The translations under genes and the position numbers were made by a program. Below are positions 25,481 to 38,448 of a stretch of DNA of 64,000 nucleotides, one piece after another. A model generated the notes under the pieces. That model saw only the letters and a program-made list of their open reading frames with translations. It ran no database searches and had not been told where the DNA came from. Source of the DNA: Cetorhinus maximus (taxonomy: Eukaryota); the NCBI RefSeq assembly GCF_964194155.1, contig NC_135908.1, positions 7,874,001 through 7,938,000 of the forward strand. The letters are read 5' to 3'. Each line of letters begins with the position of its first letter. Positions within the stretch are counted from its first letter, which is position 1.

Positions 25481-26319
25481 CAGAATGTGAGTGCAAAAAC
25501 AGGATTGATGTTTTACCAACTGAGAGACCTGGACACGGAGAGTTTAAGGAAGATAATTCATCGCAATAAAGGCAAAGTGTGGGATGGGTGGTGCCTGCCT
25601 GAAACCAACAATGAGCTCCGGGATCAGATGTCTAACATGATTAATGCGATTTGGTGCAAGAACAAAGCAGTTCCAACCTCTTAGAAAGAAGCCATTGGTC
25701 ACACAGGAGAATCTCCCGGGGAGGAGGATGAGCTGTTAGAAGGAAGCAAAAATGAAAAGACCACCAAAATTCTTGCTTATATGTGATTTGACTGAACAAG
25801 ACCAAAGCTGCACAGTACTCCAGGTGTAGTCCCAACCAAAGCCCAAAAAACTCCAATACCCTTTGCATTAAAGGCTCACATACCATTTGCCTTCCTAATT
25901 GGTTGCTGTACCTGCTCATAACTTTTTGTGATTTGTGTACAAGGATACCCAGGTCCCTCTGAATGCAAACATTTCTCTGTCTCAGCATTTTAAAAAGTTC
26001 TAATCTCTATTCTATTTTCCCTTCCAAAATGGATAACTTCACACTTCTCTAGTTCATAATCCATCTGATATACCTGAGATACTTGTACATGCAACTGAAG
26101 GTGCACACTCACTCACCTGAGGGGTGCACATTTATCTAATGGATGCACACTCACTGTACAAGCACCCCCACCACCTCACCTGAGAATGCCCACCCTCACC
26201 CGAGATGTCCTCTCACCTGAAACATGCCCTCAACTTTTTGTTTATTCTTTCACAGGACATGGGCAGCGCTGGCTAGGCCAGCATTTATTACCCATCCCTA
26301 ACTGGGTAATATGGTGATG

Positions 26320-28010
26320 AGCTTCTTGAGCGTTGTGGGAGCTGCACTCATCCAGGCAAGTGGAGAGTATTCCATCACACTCCTGACTTGTAGATGGTGG
26401 ACAGACTTTGGGGAGTAAGGATGTGAGTTACTCGTCACAAGATTCCCAGTCTCTGACCTGCTCTTGAAGCCACAGTATTTATATGGCTAGTCCAGTTCAG
26501 TTTCTGGTCAATGGTAAACCACAGGATGTTGCTAGTGGGGTATTCAGCAATGGTAATGCCATTGAATGTCAGGGAAGATAGTTGGATTCTGTCTTGTTGG
26601 AGATGATCTTTGCATGGCATTTGTGTGGCATGAATGCCAGCTATCAGCCCAAGCCTGAAAGTTGTCCAGGTCTTGCTGTATATGGATGCCGACTGCTTCA
26701 GTATCTGAGGAGTTGAGAATCGTGCTGAATATTGTGCAATCATCCCTACATTTAACCTTATGATGGAAGGAAGGTCATTGATGAAGCAGCTGAACATGGT
26801 TGGGCTGAGGACATTACCCTGAGGAACTCCTGCAGCGATGTTCTGGGACTGAGATGAGTGACCTCCAACAACTGCAACTATTTTCCTTTGTGCTAGGTAT
26901 GACTCCAATCGGTGGAGAACTTTCCTCCTGATTCCCATTGACTCCAGTTTTGCCATGGCTCCTTGAAGCCACACCCAGTCAAATGCAGCCTTGATGTCAA
27001 CAGCAGTTACTTTCAACTCACCTCTGGAGTTCAGCTCTTTTGTCCATGTTTGGACTAAGGTTGGAATGAGGTCAGGAGTTGAGTGGCCCTGGCAGAACCC
27101 AAACTGAGCATCAGTGAGCAGGTTGTTTCTGAGTAAGTGCTGTCTGATAGTACTGCAACGACCCCTTCCATGATGATCGAGAATAGGCTGATGGGGTGGT
27201 AATTGGCTGGGTTGGTTTTGTCCTGCTTTTTGAGGACAGGACATACCTGGGCAATTTTTCACATTGCCAGGTCGATGCCAGTGATGTAGCTGTACTGGAA
27301 CAGCTTGGCGACAGGCGCAGCTAGTTCTGGAGACAAGTGTTGGAATATCGTCAGGTCCCATTGCCTTTACAGTGTTCAGTGCCTTCAGCCGTTTCTTGAT
27401 ATCACGTGGAGTGAACTGAATTAGCTGAAGACTGGTATCTATGATGCTGGGGACCTCAGGAGGAGGCCAAGATGGATCATCCACTTGGCACTTCTGGCTG
27501 AAGATTGTTGCAAATGCTTCAGCCGTGTCTTTTGCTCTGATGTGCTGAGCTCCCCCATCATTGAGGATGGGGTTATTTCTGGAGCCTCCTCTTCCAGTGA
27601 GCTGTTTAATTGTCCACCACCAATCACGACTGGATGTGGCAGGGGCTGCAGAGCTTAGATCTGATCTGTTGGTTGTGGGATCGCTTAGCTGTCCGTCACT
27701 TGCTGCTTCTGCTGTTTGGCACGCAAGTAGTCCTGTGTTGTAGCTTCATCAGGCTGACACCTCATGCCCTCCTGCACTCTTCATTGAACCAGGGTTGATG
27801 CCCTGGCTTGGTGGTAATGGTAGAGTGGGGGATATGCCGGGCCATGAGGTTACAGATTGTGTTCGAGTACAATTCTGTGGCTGCCGATGGCCCACAGCAC
27901 CTCATGGATGCCCAGTCTTGAGTTGCTCGGTCTGTTGGAAATCTATCTCATTTAGCACGGGGGATAGTGCCACACAACACGATGGGGGGTATCCTCAATC
28001 CTGAGAGGGG
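26320..28010 (-). mobile_element. LINE (CR1/L2-clade) RT fragment in RCCD1 intron 1
   Basis: 349-aa ORF with RT motifs QFGFCQGHST, DIKAAFDWV, GVPQGNVLSPTMFSCFINDL; catalytic xADD motif disrupted. Confidence 0.9.
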
Positions 28011-28034
28011 GGTATCCTCAATCCTGAGAGGGGA

Positions 28035-29460
28035 CACCCCTCCCTCTTTCCCCGCCCCCTCCACTCCCCCTTTCCCCGCGCCCCCCACTCCCCCCTCCCT
28101 CTTTCCCCGCCTCCCCCACTCCCCCTTCCCGCCTCCCCCACTCCCCCTTCCCTCTTTCCCCACCCCCTCCCTCTTTCCCCACCCCCCTCCCTCTTTCCCC
28201 GCCCCCCCACTCCCCCTTCCCCGCCCCCCCCACTCCCCCCTCCCCCGCCCCCCCACTCCCCCCTCCCCCGCCCCCCCCACTCCCCCGCCCCCCCACTCCC
28301 CCCTCCCCCGCCCCCCCACTCCCCCTTCCCCCGCCCCCCCACTCCCCCTTCCCCCGCCCCCCCACTCCCCCTTCCCCCGCCCCCCACTCCCCCTTCCCCC
28401 CGCCCCCCCACTCCCCCTTCCCCCGCCCCCCCACTCCCCCTTCCCCGCCCCCCCACTCCCCCTTCCCCGCCCCCCCCACTCCCCCTTTCCCCGCCCCCCC
28501 CACTCCCCCTTTCCCCGCCCCCCCCACTCCCCCTTTCCCCGCCCCCCCACTCCCCCTTTCCCCGCCCCCCCCACTCCCCCTTTCCCCGCCCCCCCCACTC
28601 CCCCTTTCCCCGCCCCCCCCACTCCCCCTTTCCCCGCCCCCCCCACTCCCCCTTTCCCCGCCCCCCCCACTCCCCCTTTCCCCGCCCCCCCCACTCCCCC
28701 TTTCCCCGCCCCCCCCACTCCCCCTTTCCCCGCCCCCCCACTCCCCCTTCCCCGCCCCCCCCACTCCCCCTTCCCCGCCCCCCCCACTCCCCCTTCCCCG
28801 CCCCCCCCACTCCCCTTCCCCGCCCCCCCCACTCCCCCTTCCCCGCCCCCCCCACTCCCCCTTCCCCGCCCCCCCACTCCCCCTTCCCCGCCCCCCCCAC
28901 TCCCCCTTTCCCCGCTCCCCCCACTCCCCCTTTCCCCGCCCCCCCCACTCCCTCTTTCCCCGCCCCCCCCACTCCCCCTTTCCCCGCCCCCCCCACTCCC
29001 TCTTTCCCCGCCCCCCCCACTCCCTCTTTCCCCGCCCCCCCCACTCCCTCTTTCCCCGCCCCCCCCCACTCCCTCTTTCCCCGCCCCCCCCCACTCCCTC
29101 TTTCCCCGCCCCCCCACTCCCCCCTCCCTCTTTCCCCGCCCCCCCCACTCCCTCTTTCCCCGCCCCCCCCCACTCCCTCTTTCCCCGCCCCCCCCACTCC
29201 CCCCTCCCTCTTTCCCCGCCCCCCCCTCCCCCCTCCCTCTTTCCCCGCCCCCCCCACTCCCCCCTCCCTCTTTCCCCGCCCCCCCCACTCCCCCCTCCCC
29301 CCCCACTCCCCCCTCCCTCTTTCCCCGCCCCCCCCACTCCCCCCTCCCTCTTTCCCCGCCCCCCCCACTCCCCCCTCCCTCTTTCCCCGCCCCCCCCCAC
29401 TCCCCCCTCCCTCTTTCCCCGCCCCCCCCAATCCCTCCCCCGCCTCACTCCCTCCCCCTC
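28035..29460. repeat. C-rich (+) / G-rich (-) minisatellite, ~21-30 bp units such as CCCCCCACTCCCCCTTTCCCCG
   Basis: Visible tandem iteration over about 1.4 kb. Confidence 0.97.
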
Positions 29461-29830
29461 CAGCCACTAACCTGTCAGGCAGGCTGTGTGACTCCAGGCG
29501 GGGCTGATCCGAGGGGGGCTACCCGCCGGACACTGCCCACCGCCGGCTCCCCGCTCACTGCTGGGGCGCGGCCTCCCCGCTTCGGCTTCCGTCGGGCAAG
29601 TCACTGGGCAGGGCTCCGGTACTTTCCCGTCCGCTTCATGCTCCCTCCGGTTAACAATCTGCCCGAATCGATTAAAGCCGAAGCCAAACCAGCAGCCAGG
29701 CGCCGCCATTCACCGGGCCGCCAAATTCAAACCGCTCCCCTTCCAGCCCGCGCAGACTCAGAAACCGCCAGGCCGCGACCTCACGCCCAGCAAGCACCGC
29801 GCAGCAAATGGCCCTCACTCCCAGAATCCA
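29460..29830 (-). promoter_or_regulatory. CpG-rich RCCD1 promoter and first-exon island
   Basis: Abrupt CpG enrichment around the RCCD1 ATG against a CpG-poor background. Confidence 0.7.
29472..29709 (-). CDS. RCCD1: RCCD1 coding exon 1 ([17 protein letters not shown]...AWSHTACLT)
   Basis: ATG in CpG-rich region, 238 nt, donor gttagt, phase 1. Confidence 0.93.
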
Positions 29831-29906
29831 CTGCACCATACCCCCTACTCAACACAAGGTGAACAGGTTACTGCAGTCACCACAACCACAAGATAATTAA
29901 AGTGAC

Positions 29907-29912
29907 TTTATT
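29907..29912 (-). terminator. Candidate distal UNC45A polyadenylation signal AATAAA
   Basis: AATAAA followed on the - strand by GU-rich TGTGGTTGTGGTG; other AATAAA candidates near 30616 and 30638. Confidence 0.5.
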
Positions 29913-32780
29913 CTGGTTATTTATAGAATTGTAGCAGTACATTAGTTCCTGGAAGATTATATATTAAAGTGATGCATTTCACTACTTTTGCACTTCACAG
30001 CACAATTAACAAGACTTTAAAAAAAGGCTTATAGTTCAGGAATGATACAGACTGTAATATACAGAAATATAGAATTGGATACAACACTGGGTCACCAAGT
30101 TGGACAAGAATCAAGGGCATATTTTCACACTTAACCACAAGAACAGCTCAGCCTTAAGCCTTAAAACCTTTTTACCTCCTGAGGGGTTTAGAAAACATAT
30201 ACAATGATGGTAATTTTTACATTTCTTTTCCGTAGATACCAAGCGAAACGCCCTCTCCACAGATGTGATTTTTTTTTTGTTCATGGGATGTGGGTGTTGC
30301 TGGTTTGGCCAGCATTTATTGCTCATCCCTATTTGCCCTTTGTTCAGAGGGCCTCTTTCTGTGCTGTAAACTTCTACCATGCTTTTTAAAAGCAATTTTG
30401 AGCTTTTCTGAAGGTTAAAGGAATGAATGCCTTGCCTGGTGTGGGTGAGCCACATCGGTGATGCAACATCAGTGACATGGTTTACCTTGACCATCAGGTG
30501 AGGTTATTGAACCTCTTCCTGCACTGTGTAGCATGTTAGTAGTGCAGGTTGCACTAACATCAGATTCTACTTGTACATCTCAACTCTTCTACCATCTCTG
30601 TTGGATGGAACAAAATTTATTAAACATTAATGCTGCTTTTATTTAGATTTAATATAGATGGGAACTGTACTAAATATGAATCATAATTCATGAAAGCTTA
30701 ACAATTGTAATGGAAAATTCCTATCCAAAATAGTCAGCAGTCTTGTTGCTTCTTCAGATACAGCCTTTATTTCTATGTTTTTCTTGAGGGCTTTGATTTT
30801 TTTGGTCCACGGTTGTTATCTGCTTTATGGATCTTGGTCCAGTTGACCATTCTTCATGTGTTTTTTTTTGCAAGTAAATCCTTTTCTTCTGCTGCTCTTC
30901 TGACAGTAGAGTTGCTGGTATTACAGTTTTGGAATTTAGACTCAGCAACTTGTGGAATTTTTATCCCCTTGAATCGCACTTAATTGTTTGGATGCATTGA
31001 ATGAAGATTGCAAACAAGTTGACATTTCGTGAAATCCCATCAATGTTGAACCTGTATAGCATTAACTGCATACAAATTGTAACAGACTGGATGTTGAGTG
31101 TTCCTCTTTTCCTGGAGACTAGGGAGCCTCCAGAATGAGTTGCCACTTGGTGTGGTGGCTACTGATCTCTGCACATCTTCAAGAGGAAGTTGGACTAGTT
31201 CCTGGCTGAGACAGAGAGCGAGTGTCTTTGGTAAGACTTGGTCCGTAAGATTTCCTGGGCGGGTTTGAATCGGAGAGAAATTTTCCAGGGTAGTTTCTTC
31301 CCTTATTGGCCCTAGGTCTTTCCTTTGGTTATTTTTTGCCTCTCTCAGGAGATTACATGGCTATGAGGTGGGGGGTGGTGGGGGAAAGAGAAGAGGTCAT
31401 GGGAGGGAATAAGTATTTCGCCCTGACCAAACATCAGGCTGTTGGGCAGGCTTGATGGACCATCAGTTCTTTTCTTGTCTGTCACATGTATCTCACCCTA
31501 AATATAAAAGGCACTAGCTGGCAACTGGCAGAACCATCAACTTGCAGGCCAAGCTTTAAATGATTCCGGTTAATTAAACACGATATGGATGGTAGCCAAT
31601 TTTCGTTTAACTCAAGTGAAGTGAAAATAAATGAATGTGTAAGGTGTACAGTGTAAACAAAGCTCATATTCATCAACTTTCATCTCACACAGCTGGTTTA
31701 TAGAAAGCCACTAAGTCTGAATTCACACTACAAGTTCAGTAGTAATGTGGAGCAGCTTCTGTTGTGAAAGTCAGGTATCAACTCTCAAACTGACTACAAA
31801 GCTGCACCAGAGCCAAAGCTCCTCCCAACAAGGGTCTTGCTAAACTCCTGCCCTGCAGTGGCAGCACAGATTAGATGTTCACATTATGATATGAAGTTCA
31901 AGCCCAATAATGAAATTGCTGCAAACTATGCCAAACCGAATGTGCATCAAATACTAGAATGGATTCAATAAAGGTGCCATGGACCGCACCAGTATTCACT
32001 GAAATATTCTGATCAAAAGTCACAGCTTCCTCAGCTAGACCAGAAGCAGATCTATATCACTGTGTTCCACTCATGTTAACATTCCGTCTAGTTTGAGGCT
32101 CCTTCATAACTTTATATTTTAAAAAATTGTGACATCTCTTTGACTGTCCAAAGAGAAAATTGCATTCCCCATCTGTGTTAACAGAGCTCAGCCAGGGAGG
32201 TGAAATTGGCCTCAGCATCCTTGAGGTTGGGGGGTGGGGGGGGGGCGGGGGAGTAATTGGCCAGAACCACACCCATTCCCACTCCCATCCAGTGACCTAC
32301 AGCCGAGGTCAAGAGCATACTTGCTCTACGATGACCTCCATGGTCAATTAGCCTGCTAACCTTCACTGACCCAGTCCACAGATACAAAGTGGTCACTGGG
32401 GCCAGGGATCAGAGGGTCTGGGTGGCCATGGGAATGAGCCATTGGCTAGCATAAACTGGAGAGGTGGGCATAAGAAAAAAAGATGAATTCTGAACCAGGA
32501 GAGCTCTTTTTCTTGAAGTGATTTTGATACTGCAGGAAATTCCTTCAACACCTTAATGATACAATATTACATGAGCAAAGTCCTGCTGTGAGGATAGTGT
32601 CCCTTGCAGTAAAGTACTGTGATTGAAAGATAAGCACTCATTGTGCAGGATGGTTTACCATCCAAAAATAAGAGGCTCGTAGATGCAATTGCAAGTAGTT
32701 ATCAGTGTATCGCCTAGTGGGAGTGTTTCTCGCCTGCAAGCTGGCTCATGTGTCCATGGAATGTCCTGTGTTTGCTTTCA

Positions 32781-33053
32781 CTAGGGGCTGGTCTCCTCCT
32801 CCGTGGGTTTTATTAGTCCATACTCCACTGCTCGGGCAAGACAATCCTTGGCAACAGCCGACACTTTGCATTTCTTCTCATCTCCATCCCTGCTCATAGC
32901 AGACAGGATTTCCAACATCTCTGTCTCCATGAGCAGGGCTGCGAGCTCCCGGTCCGCGTTCATTAAGTTGAGCGTGATGACGAGCCCTCGGTGTTGCAGG
33001 TCGACGTTCGAGCTCAGCATGAGCGCCTGAAGGATCTCCAACCAGTGGCTCGT
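32781..33053 (-). CDS. UNC45A: UNC45A exon 20 coding part (TSHWLEILQ...EYGLIKPTEEETSP*)
   Basis: 273 nt, cgacag acceptor, TAG stop. Confidence 0.96.
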   Translation of the reverse strand, partial: TSHWLEILQALMLSSNVDLQHRGLVITLNLMNADRELAALLMETEMLEILSAMSRDGDEKKCKVSAVAKDCLARAVEYGLIKPTEEETSP

Positions 33054-33259
33054 CTGTCGGCGGGGGAAGAGAGTAAAGCACAAAGATGTAACTTCCAGCT
33101 GCAGTGCAAATTTGTTTCAAAAGGAACAGGGAACAGAGCCATACTGACCATCTCTCTGCCGAGTTCCACAGACAATGGCTGCTCTCCAAACGATGGTTCT
33201 CTAACTGAGAGCCTAGATCTTGTGTCTGCTAGCTATTTGACCATGGGAGCTCATACAAC

Positions 33260-33560
33260 CTCAGTGTCAGCTGTGGATAGCTTTCACTTCTTGAGTCAGT
33301 AGGTTGTGGGTTTAAATCCCACTCCAGGGACTTGGGCACGATCTAAACTGACATGCCCAGTGCAGTACGGAACGAGTGTTGTACTGTTGGAGGTGGAGCC
33401 TTTCCAATGAGACATTAATCTGAAGTTCCATCTGCATAAAAGATCCCACTACACTATTTTGAAGAACAGAGAGTTCTCCCCTATGCCCTGGACAATATTT
33501 ATCCCTCAATCAACATCACTAAAAAAGATTATCTGGTTATAACCTCATTGCTGTTTGCAG
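33260..33560 (+). mobile_element. tRNA-derived Deu-domain-type SINE copy
   Basis: gtgcagtac...gatcccactacactattttgaagaa...atttatccctcaatcaacatcact core recurring at ~15740, ~39840, ~48870, ~53790, ~54320(-), ~56690(-), ~59510. Confidence 0.7.
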
Positions 33561-34775
33561 GTCTTTCTTCTATAGGCCAACCCTATTCTTCACTCAGGTT
33601 CCGAAGAAGAGTCATATAGGCTCTCTCCACAGATTCTGCCAGACCTGCTGAGTTTTTCCAGCACTTTCTGTTTTTATTCCTGTTCTTCACTGGATGCCTG
33701 TAACCTTTCAGCGTTGGTCTTTGGTCGTGACCTAGCGTAGGAATTTCACCCCCAGCCCTGCCCCAGCCAAGGTTACTGAGGCCAATCAAGCACTGCAGCT
33801 GGTGCTCTGCGTGAGATCAGCTGACCTTCCACAGGCAGGGATTAAACCTGGGAATTCCCTGCTCTGTAATACAAAGGACTGTACATTTACGCACTGTATC
33901 ATTGTGGACCATACATTTTCTACAATATTTTCAGTTTCTCCACCCCACAAAAGGCTGGCAATGAACACCACATCTTAGCTGGAGAGACAGTGCTATCTGG
34001 CCTGGCTGTGGATTTCCTTAGGAGTCAAATACTCCCTTCACAGGGTGCTCTCCTGGTGATTCATCCAAGCGTTGAAATTTAAAACAGTACCTAGTTACGA
34101 AGAGCCACAATTTGTTGAAATCTCACTGCCTGAACACAAAGTACCAGTCACCGCTCAGTATCAATTTGTGACAGTGTTGGAAAAGTTTAGGTTTGATCAC
34201 TAGGTTCTCTTGTGCTGTCACTGGGCTTCACTACTTTTCTCCTGAGCTTTTTGTGTAATTGACACCGTAAGCCCTCAACCCCCTTCCCAAAAGAAACCCT
34301 GAATCACTGAACCTCACAGGTCCAATCTCCAGACTTTGCCATTAGAGGACCTGCAGTGGGCTGGTGGTGGCAGTAGGAGCTACACTCAGCCTCAGTACCC
34401 CTGGAATGTGAAACTTAATTAGCACCATCAGCCAGGGTTCCTATTCCTGATCACTATCCAGCATTCCTTCTAGACTGCGACAGTCAAGTGACAACAAGTT
34501 CAGTTTCGTTGGCAATGCCCTCCTTAGTCAAATGTATCACTGACAGATATGGTCTAGGCTCACAGGCAAAGAATACCATTTGGACAGGATATCGGAGGGG
34601 CAATAAATATTTGCACCCCCGATGGAGTCAGTGCCCTTGGGAGAGGAGGGGAGCAGACTGCAAGCAGGAAGGAAGATTAAGGGAGGCAAGGAATGAGTAG
34701 GTTGGAGGCAAGGCGATGAGTCAAGTGCAGCACATTGAGGATGCAGGGAGGAGCAGGACGTGTAAAGTCACTCAC

Positions 34776-34931
34776 CACCTGTGTCATTTTGGTACAGAGC
34801 TTTGGCTGCAGTGATGTCAAAAAGGCTACAGCCCCCGCAGCTGCGCACCTCAACTTATCATCATCTTCACCGCTGTACAACACCAGCAGTTTGAGACGAT
34901 CAGTACCCTCGACCAGGAACAGCTTCTGAAC
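34776..34931 (-). CDS. UNC45A: UNC45A exon 19 (VQKLF...DRLKLLVLYSGEDD...TQV)
   Basis: 156 nt, tttcag / gtgagt. Confidence 0.96.
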
Positions 34932-35466
34932 CTGAAACAAAATCCAAACAGAAAGAAAGGTTAAGGCTGCTGAAAAAAGAAAGTTTTCCTTCCCAACAAG
35001 ACGACAATCCAAGGAAAAATCTTTTATTGACTAGTTATTTTTTCAAAGTGTTTTCCTCTGCTCCCCTTGCTGGGAGTCAGTTCTATCTGTACCATTAGAC
35101 CTTGTACCTCACCAATGTGACTATACCAGCTATGAGACACTGAGTATCAGCAAGGTACTTGACCCTCAAGAGTTAACCTCACCCGATGTCCAAACACTTA
35201 CGTTTTCCTTTAGGGGTCACTGGACAATAATCATGACCAGGCATCCTGGCTGGTGTCCCTCCTCCCAGGCCCACTGAAGCCAGGTGACGTTCCCCCAGCT
35301 CCTGCCCAGGTGAGTTACCAGAGAGTGAGGATTGTACCTGGTTCCTTCCTGATCGCCATGCTTCATATCATGTCATTTACCCATGACAGGAACTCAAACA
35401 GCCACAGATCACAATGCTATGAAGTGAAAAGCAGGCAGCAATGCTCTGCACCCAGCACTAACGCAC

Positions 35467-35584
35467 CTCCTCACTCAGGACCATATTACACATGCACTCC
35501 GTGGCTGCCAATCGGATCATCTCGTGGTCTTCAAACATGTAGCTCTCAATCATTGGAATGGCTTTTTCCTTAATTATCTTCTGG
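35467..35584 (-). CDS. UNC45A: UNC45A exon 18 (QKIIKEKA...[11 protein letters not shown])
   Basis: 118 nt, ttttag / gtgcgt. Confidence 0.96.
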
Positions 35585-36322
35585 CTAAAAGAAGTCAAGA
35601 GATTAATCAGTAAATTAGTGCCAGCATTGCCCAACTGGGTCGCACTCTCAACCAAGTCAGAAGTTAGTTCAAGGCCCACTCCAGTAATCCAAGCACAAAG
35701 CCTTGGGAACCACTCCATCATGTTACTGAGGGACTGGTGTCTCTTTAAGCTTTAGGGGAGCTCCCCTGAATGTGAAGTTCAATTTGTTTAATGTAATAAA
35801 TTTACTTTTACTTCAAGTCTGCACGCACTCGCCCATCTCAGGCTCCATGGCTATCTGGCAGGTCTGCTCACTTAAGAATGAAAGACTTGGAATTATAGTG
35901 TGCTTCATGGCTTCAGGACATCCCAAAAAGTACCTTACCACCATTGAATATTTCTGAAATGTAGTCACTTTACCAAAGGAAAGTTATTAGTGCCATGAGA
36001 GGAACAGAGGAAAGCAACAGAAATAACTCGAAGCAAAGATTCAAAGGTATAAAAACATTAAGGAATTGGGGTTGTTTTCTTTTTAAGAGTTGAGATCGAG
36101 GTGGTCTAATTAAAGATTGTAAGAGCTGACAAAGACAGTCCTGGGAAATGGCTTACTATGGTGAAAGAACTTTTTCAACCAATGGTTAATAGAGCTATGG
36201 AAACAGTTACTAGGGAGGGAAGGTGGAGATTCATCAATTTAAAAAGGAAATGTGCTTATGTGCTAAACTATTGGAGGAGCCACTCCCCTAGCACGTTCTC
36301 GCCCCTTCACCCAATCGCTTAC

Positions 36323-36438
36323 CGCAGCCTCTCACTGATCCCAGCCAAATTAGTTAACGCCATCAGTGACTCAAAGTTCTGCAACCCTGTACGGTCAAGG
36401 TGCAAAAGGCTGACCAAAGGTCGGATTACCTCATAAAC
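36323..36438 (-). CDS. UNC45A: UNC45A exon 17 (VYEVIRPLV...GISERL)
   Basis: 116 nt, cctcag / gtaagc. Confidence 0.96.
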
Positions 36439-36918
36439 CTGAGGAAATGAAGAGCGAAAATAGAATGTTTATTCAGTCACCATTTCAACAACAACATCAA
36501 TAATCCAAACCTCAGCAGAGTGCCTCCTACTATACCAGTGTGGCCTTTTTTGAAACCAACCTTCCTTCGACCTTTGTGAATGGTGTGGTGATATAGGGAT
36601 AGATCTGAACTGTGGGGCCATGTTCACTAGGAACTGGATTGACTATCCAAACCTATTTTACATAGAATCTTTACAGTCAGAAGATAGAGAGGTATCCATC
36701 CCTTTATTCAGGGCTGAATTCGATCCCAGTTCCTAGTGGGGAAAGGCCAGTGCCTCCTTTCAGTGTACCATCAATATCTTTAAAATGGATCAACACCATG
36801 TGAAATTTTCTGCTGAATATTTTGAAGTAAAAAATTAAGACTATCTGGAAAGCTGTCAAAAGCTCAAAATTGCTTTAAAAAAAACTTAAGGCAGTGCATG
36901 TAAATCCTCAGGACTCAC

Positions 36919-37032
36919 CCTCTCTCCAGGGAAAGCAATCTCAGGGTTAGAAGTGATTGTGATCTTTGCCAATGCCTGGGCCGCCTTGGTCTTGCCAACC
37001 TCTGTGCCTTCTGATGCCAGAGGGAGCAGAGC
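36919..37032 (-). CDS. UNC45A: UNC45A exon 16 ([10 protein letters not shown]...AFPGER)
   Basis: 114 nt, ccacag / gtgagt. Confidence 0.96.
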
Positions 37033-37174
37033 CTGTGGGAACAGAGGAAGTAATAAGCCAGGTTATTAAATGTGATCATTAGAAGCACATTCATACCATC
37101 CTGACAATTTAAATCTGATCACAATCATGCTGGTGGTAGGAGTGCTAAAGATCAGTAACAGTTCCCTCACAAGA

Positions 37175-37385
37175 TGTTCTATTCCAGAAAGCCAGTTTGT
37201 GAAGGATAGAACTGGAGCCAACCTTTACACTCTTTTATATATATTTACAGAGTTACACATTACAAGCATACAGCTTCTAACTCAACAACCACAGTTTCAG
37301 TCCATATCTATTTATAAGAGCTCAAGTGAATCCCCAGTTACTGCTCACCACCTGTATATAATTAAATACAAATATACAATTAACA
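37175..37385 (-). mobile_element. ~210-bp TG...CA element (small solo-LTR-like)
   Basis: TGTT...AACA termini; reverse-complement homologue at 59723-59937. Confidence 0.6.
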
Positions 37386-38448
37386 ATAGGGACCTGTAAG
37401 TTAGACACAACTCTCATTTCTACATAGAGGAGATATTTCCACTTATGACAGTTCTAAACTAGGAACTATAAATATAAGGTAGTCACTAATAAATTCAATG
37501 GGGAACTCAGGAGAAATGTCTTTACATAGAGAGTAGTCAGAAAGGGGAACTGCTGCCACAGGGAGCAGTTGAAATGAATAGCATGGATGTGATTATCTAT
37601 GTTCCCTTTAAATACAAAGGAGAAAGGAATCGAAGGATATGTTATGGTAAATGCTGAGCTGTTCAAATCCCTGAGGGAAACTTGAAACAACTGTCGCAAC
37701 TAATTTTCAATATGTATAAATTTCGAGATGCGTGCCTTGAATTCAGTAGTAATAAGACCACCAAGTCTTTTATAAAACTAGATTAAACATTTATTAATAA
37801 GAGAAATGATTTTAAATACATACATAGATCTACAAATTACTACTATGATAACTTCTAAATCTCCTAATCAATCTAACTCCCAGTTACACTTTTGTTAAGG
37901 CAACAGTAAGACACAGCTTTTAAGACCTAGGCAAAGAAACATGATAACCTGAACAAGTCTGAATTCCAAGTGAGTTTTCTTAACTTCAGTCCTTTGAGGA
38001 CAGCAGCTTGAGGCATTGATGCTGAAGGTTTTTCACACTTGTAAGATCTTAAGAATGCCTTCACTTACAAACAATCTTCTCTTCTTTATACATATCTTCC
38101 TCTTTGAATGCAAATACCCTTTGTTTCACTATTCTTTGGACTTTATTTCCCTGATAATAAAACCCTCTCATAGCACTAAATTTTGCCAGTAATCTTTTGG
38201 AAAAATAAACACACTGTTTCTAAACTTCACCTGGCTAGGTGACACATTTCACCTCCCCTTTGAAAGCAATCTAGCCTGGTTTATTTGAAAATGCAAATGT
38301 TCCCTTGACACCTATGTTTTTAAACTTCCCCATGTTCATCTAATTAACATTTCAATCCTAACGTCTCTTCTTAGATCAAAGCACCAAGACTCATTCAATT
38401 AAGTCACATACATGCATACTCGATTTTACAATAAACTCCAATAATATT

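Larger units (their letters stand above)
14576..29709 (-). other. RCCD1: RCCD1 gene span (RCC1 domain-containing protein 1), 8 coding exons, 1221 nt CDS, 406 aa
   Basis: Spliced product has [12 protein letters not shown]-terminus and RCC1 repeats ([20 protein letters not shown]; [20 protein letters not shown]; [23 protein letters not shown]; VCGPWNTFVFA), matching recalled human RCCD1. Confidence 0.95.

Noticed and set aside
26435-27484. 349-aa reverse-transcriptase ORF as an active or domesticated gene
   Set aside because: Internal frameshifted stretches and no intact xADD catalytic motif; decayed LINE
27948-29862. Four long ORFs (452-631 aa, Gly- or Pro-rich)
   Set aside because: They are translations of the stop-free C/G minisatellite, open in several frames on both strands
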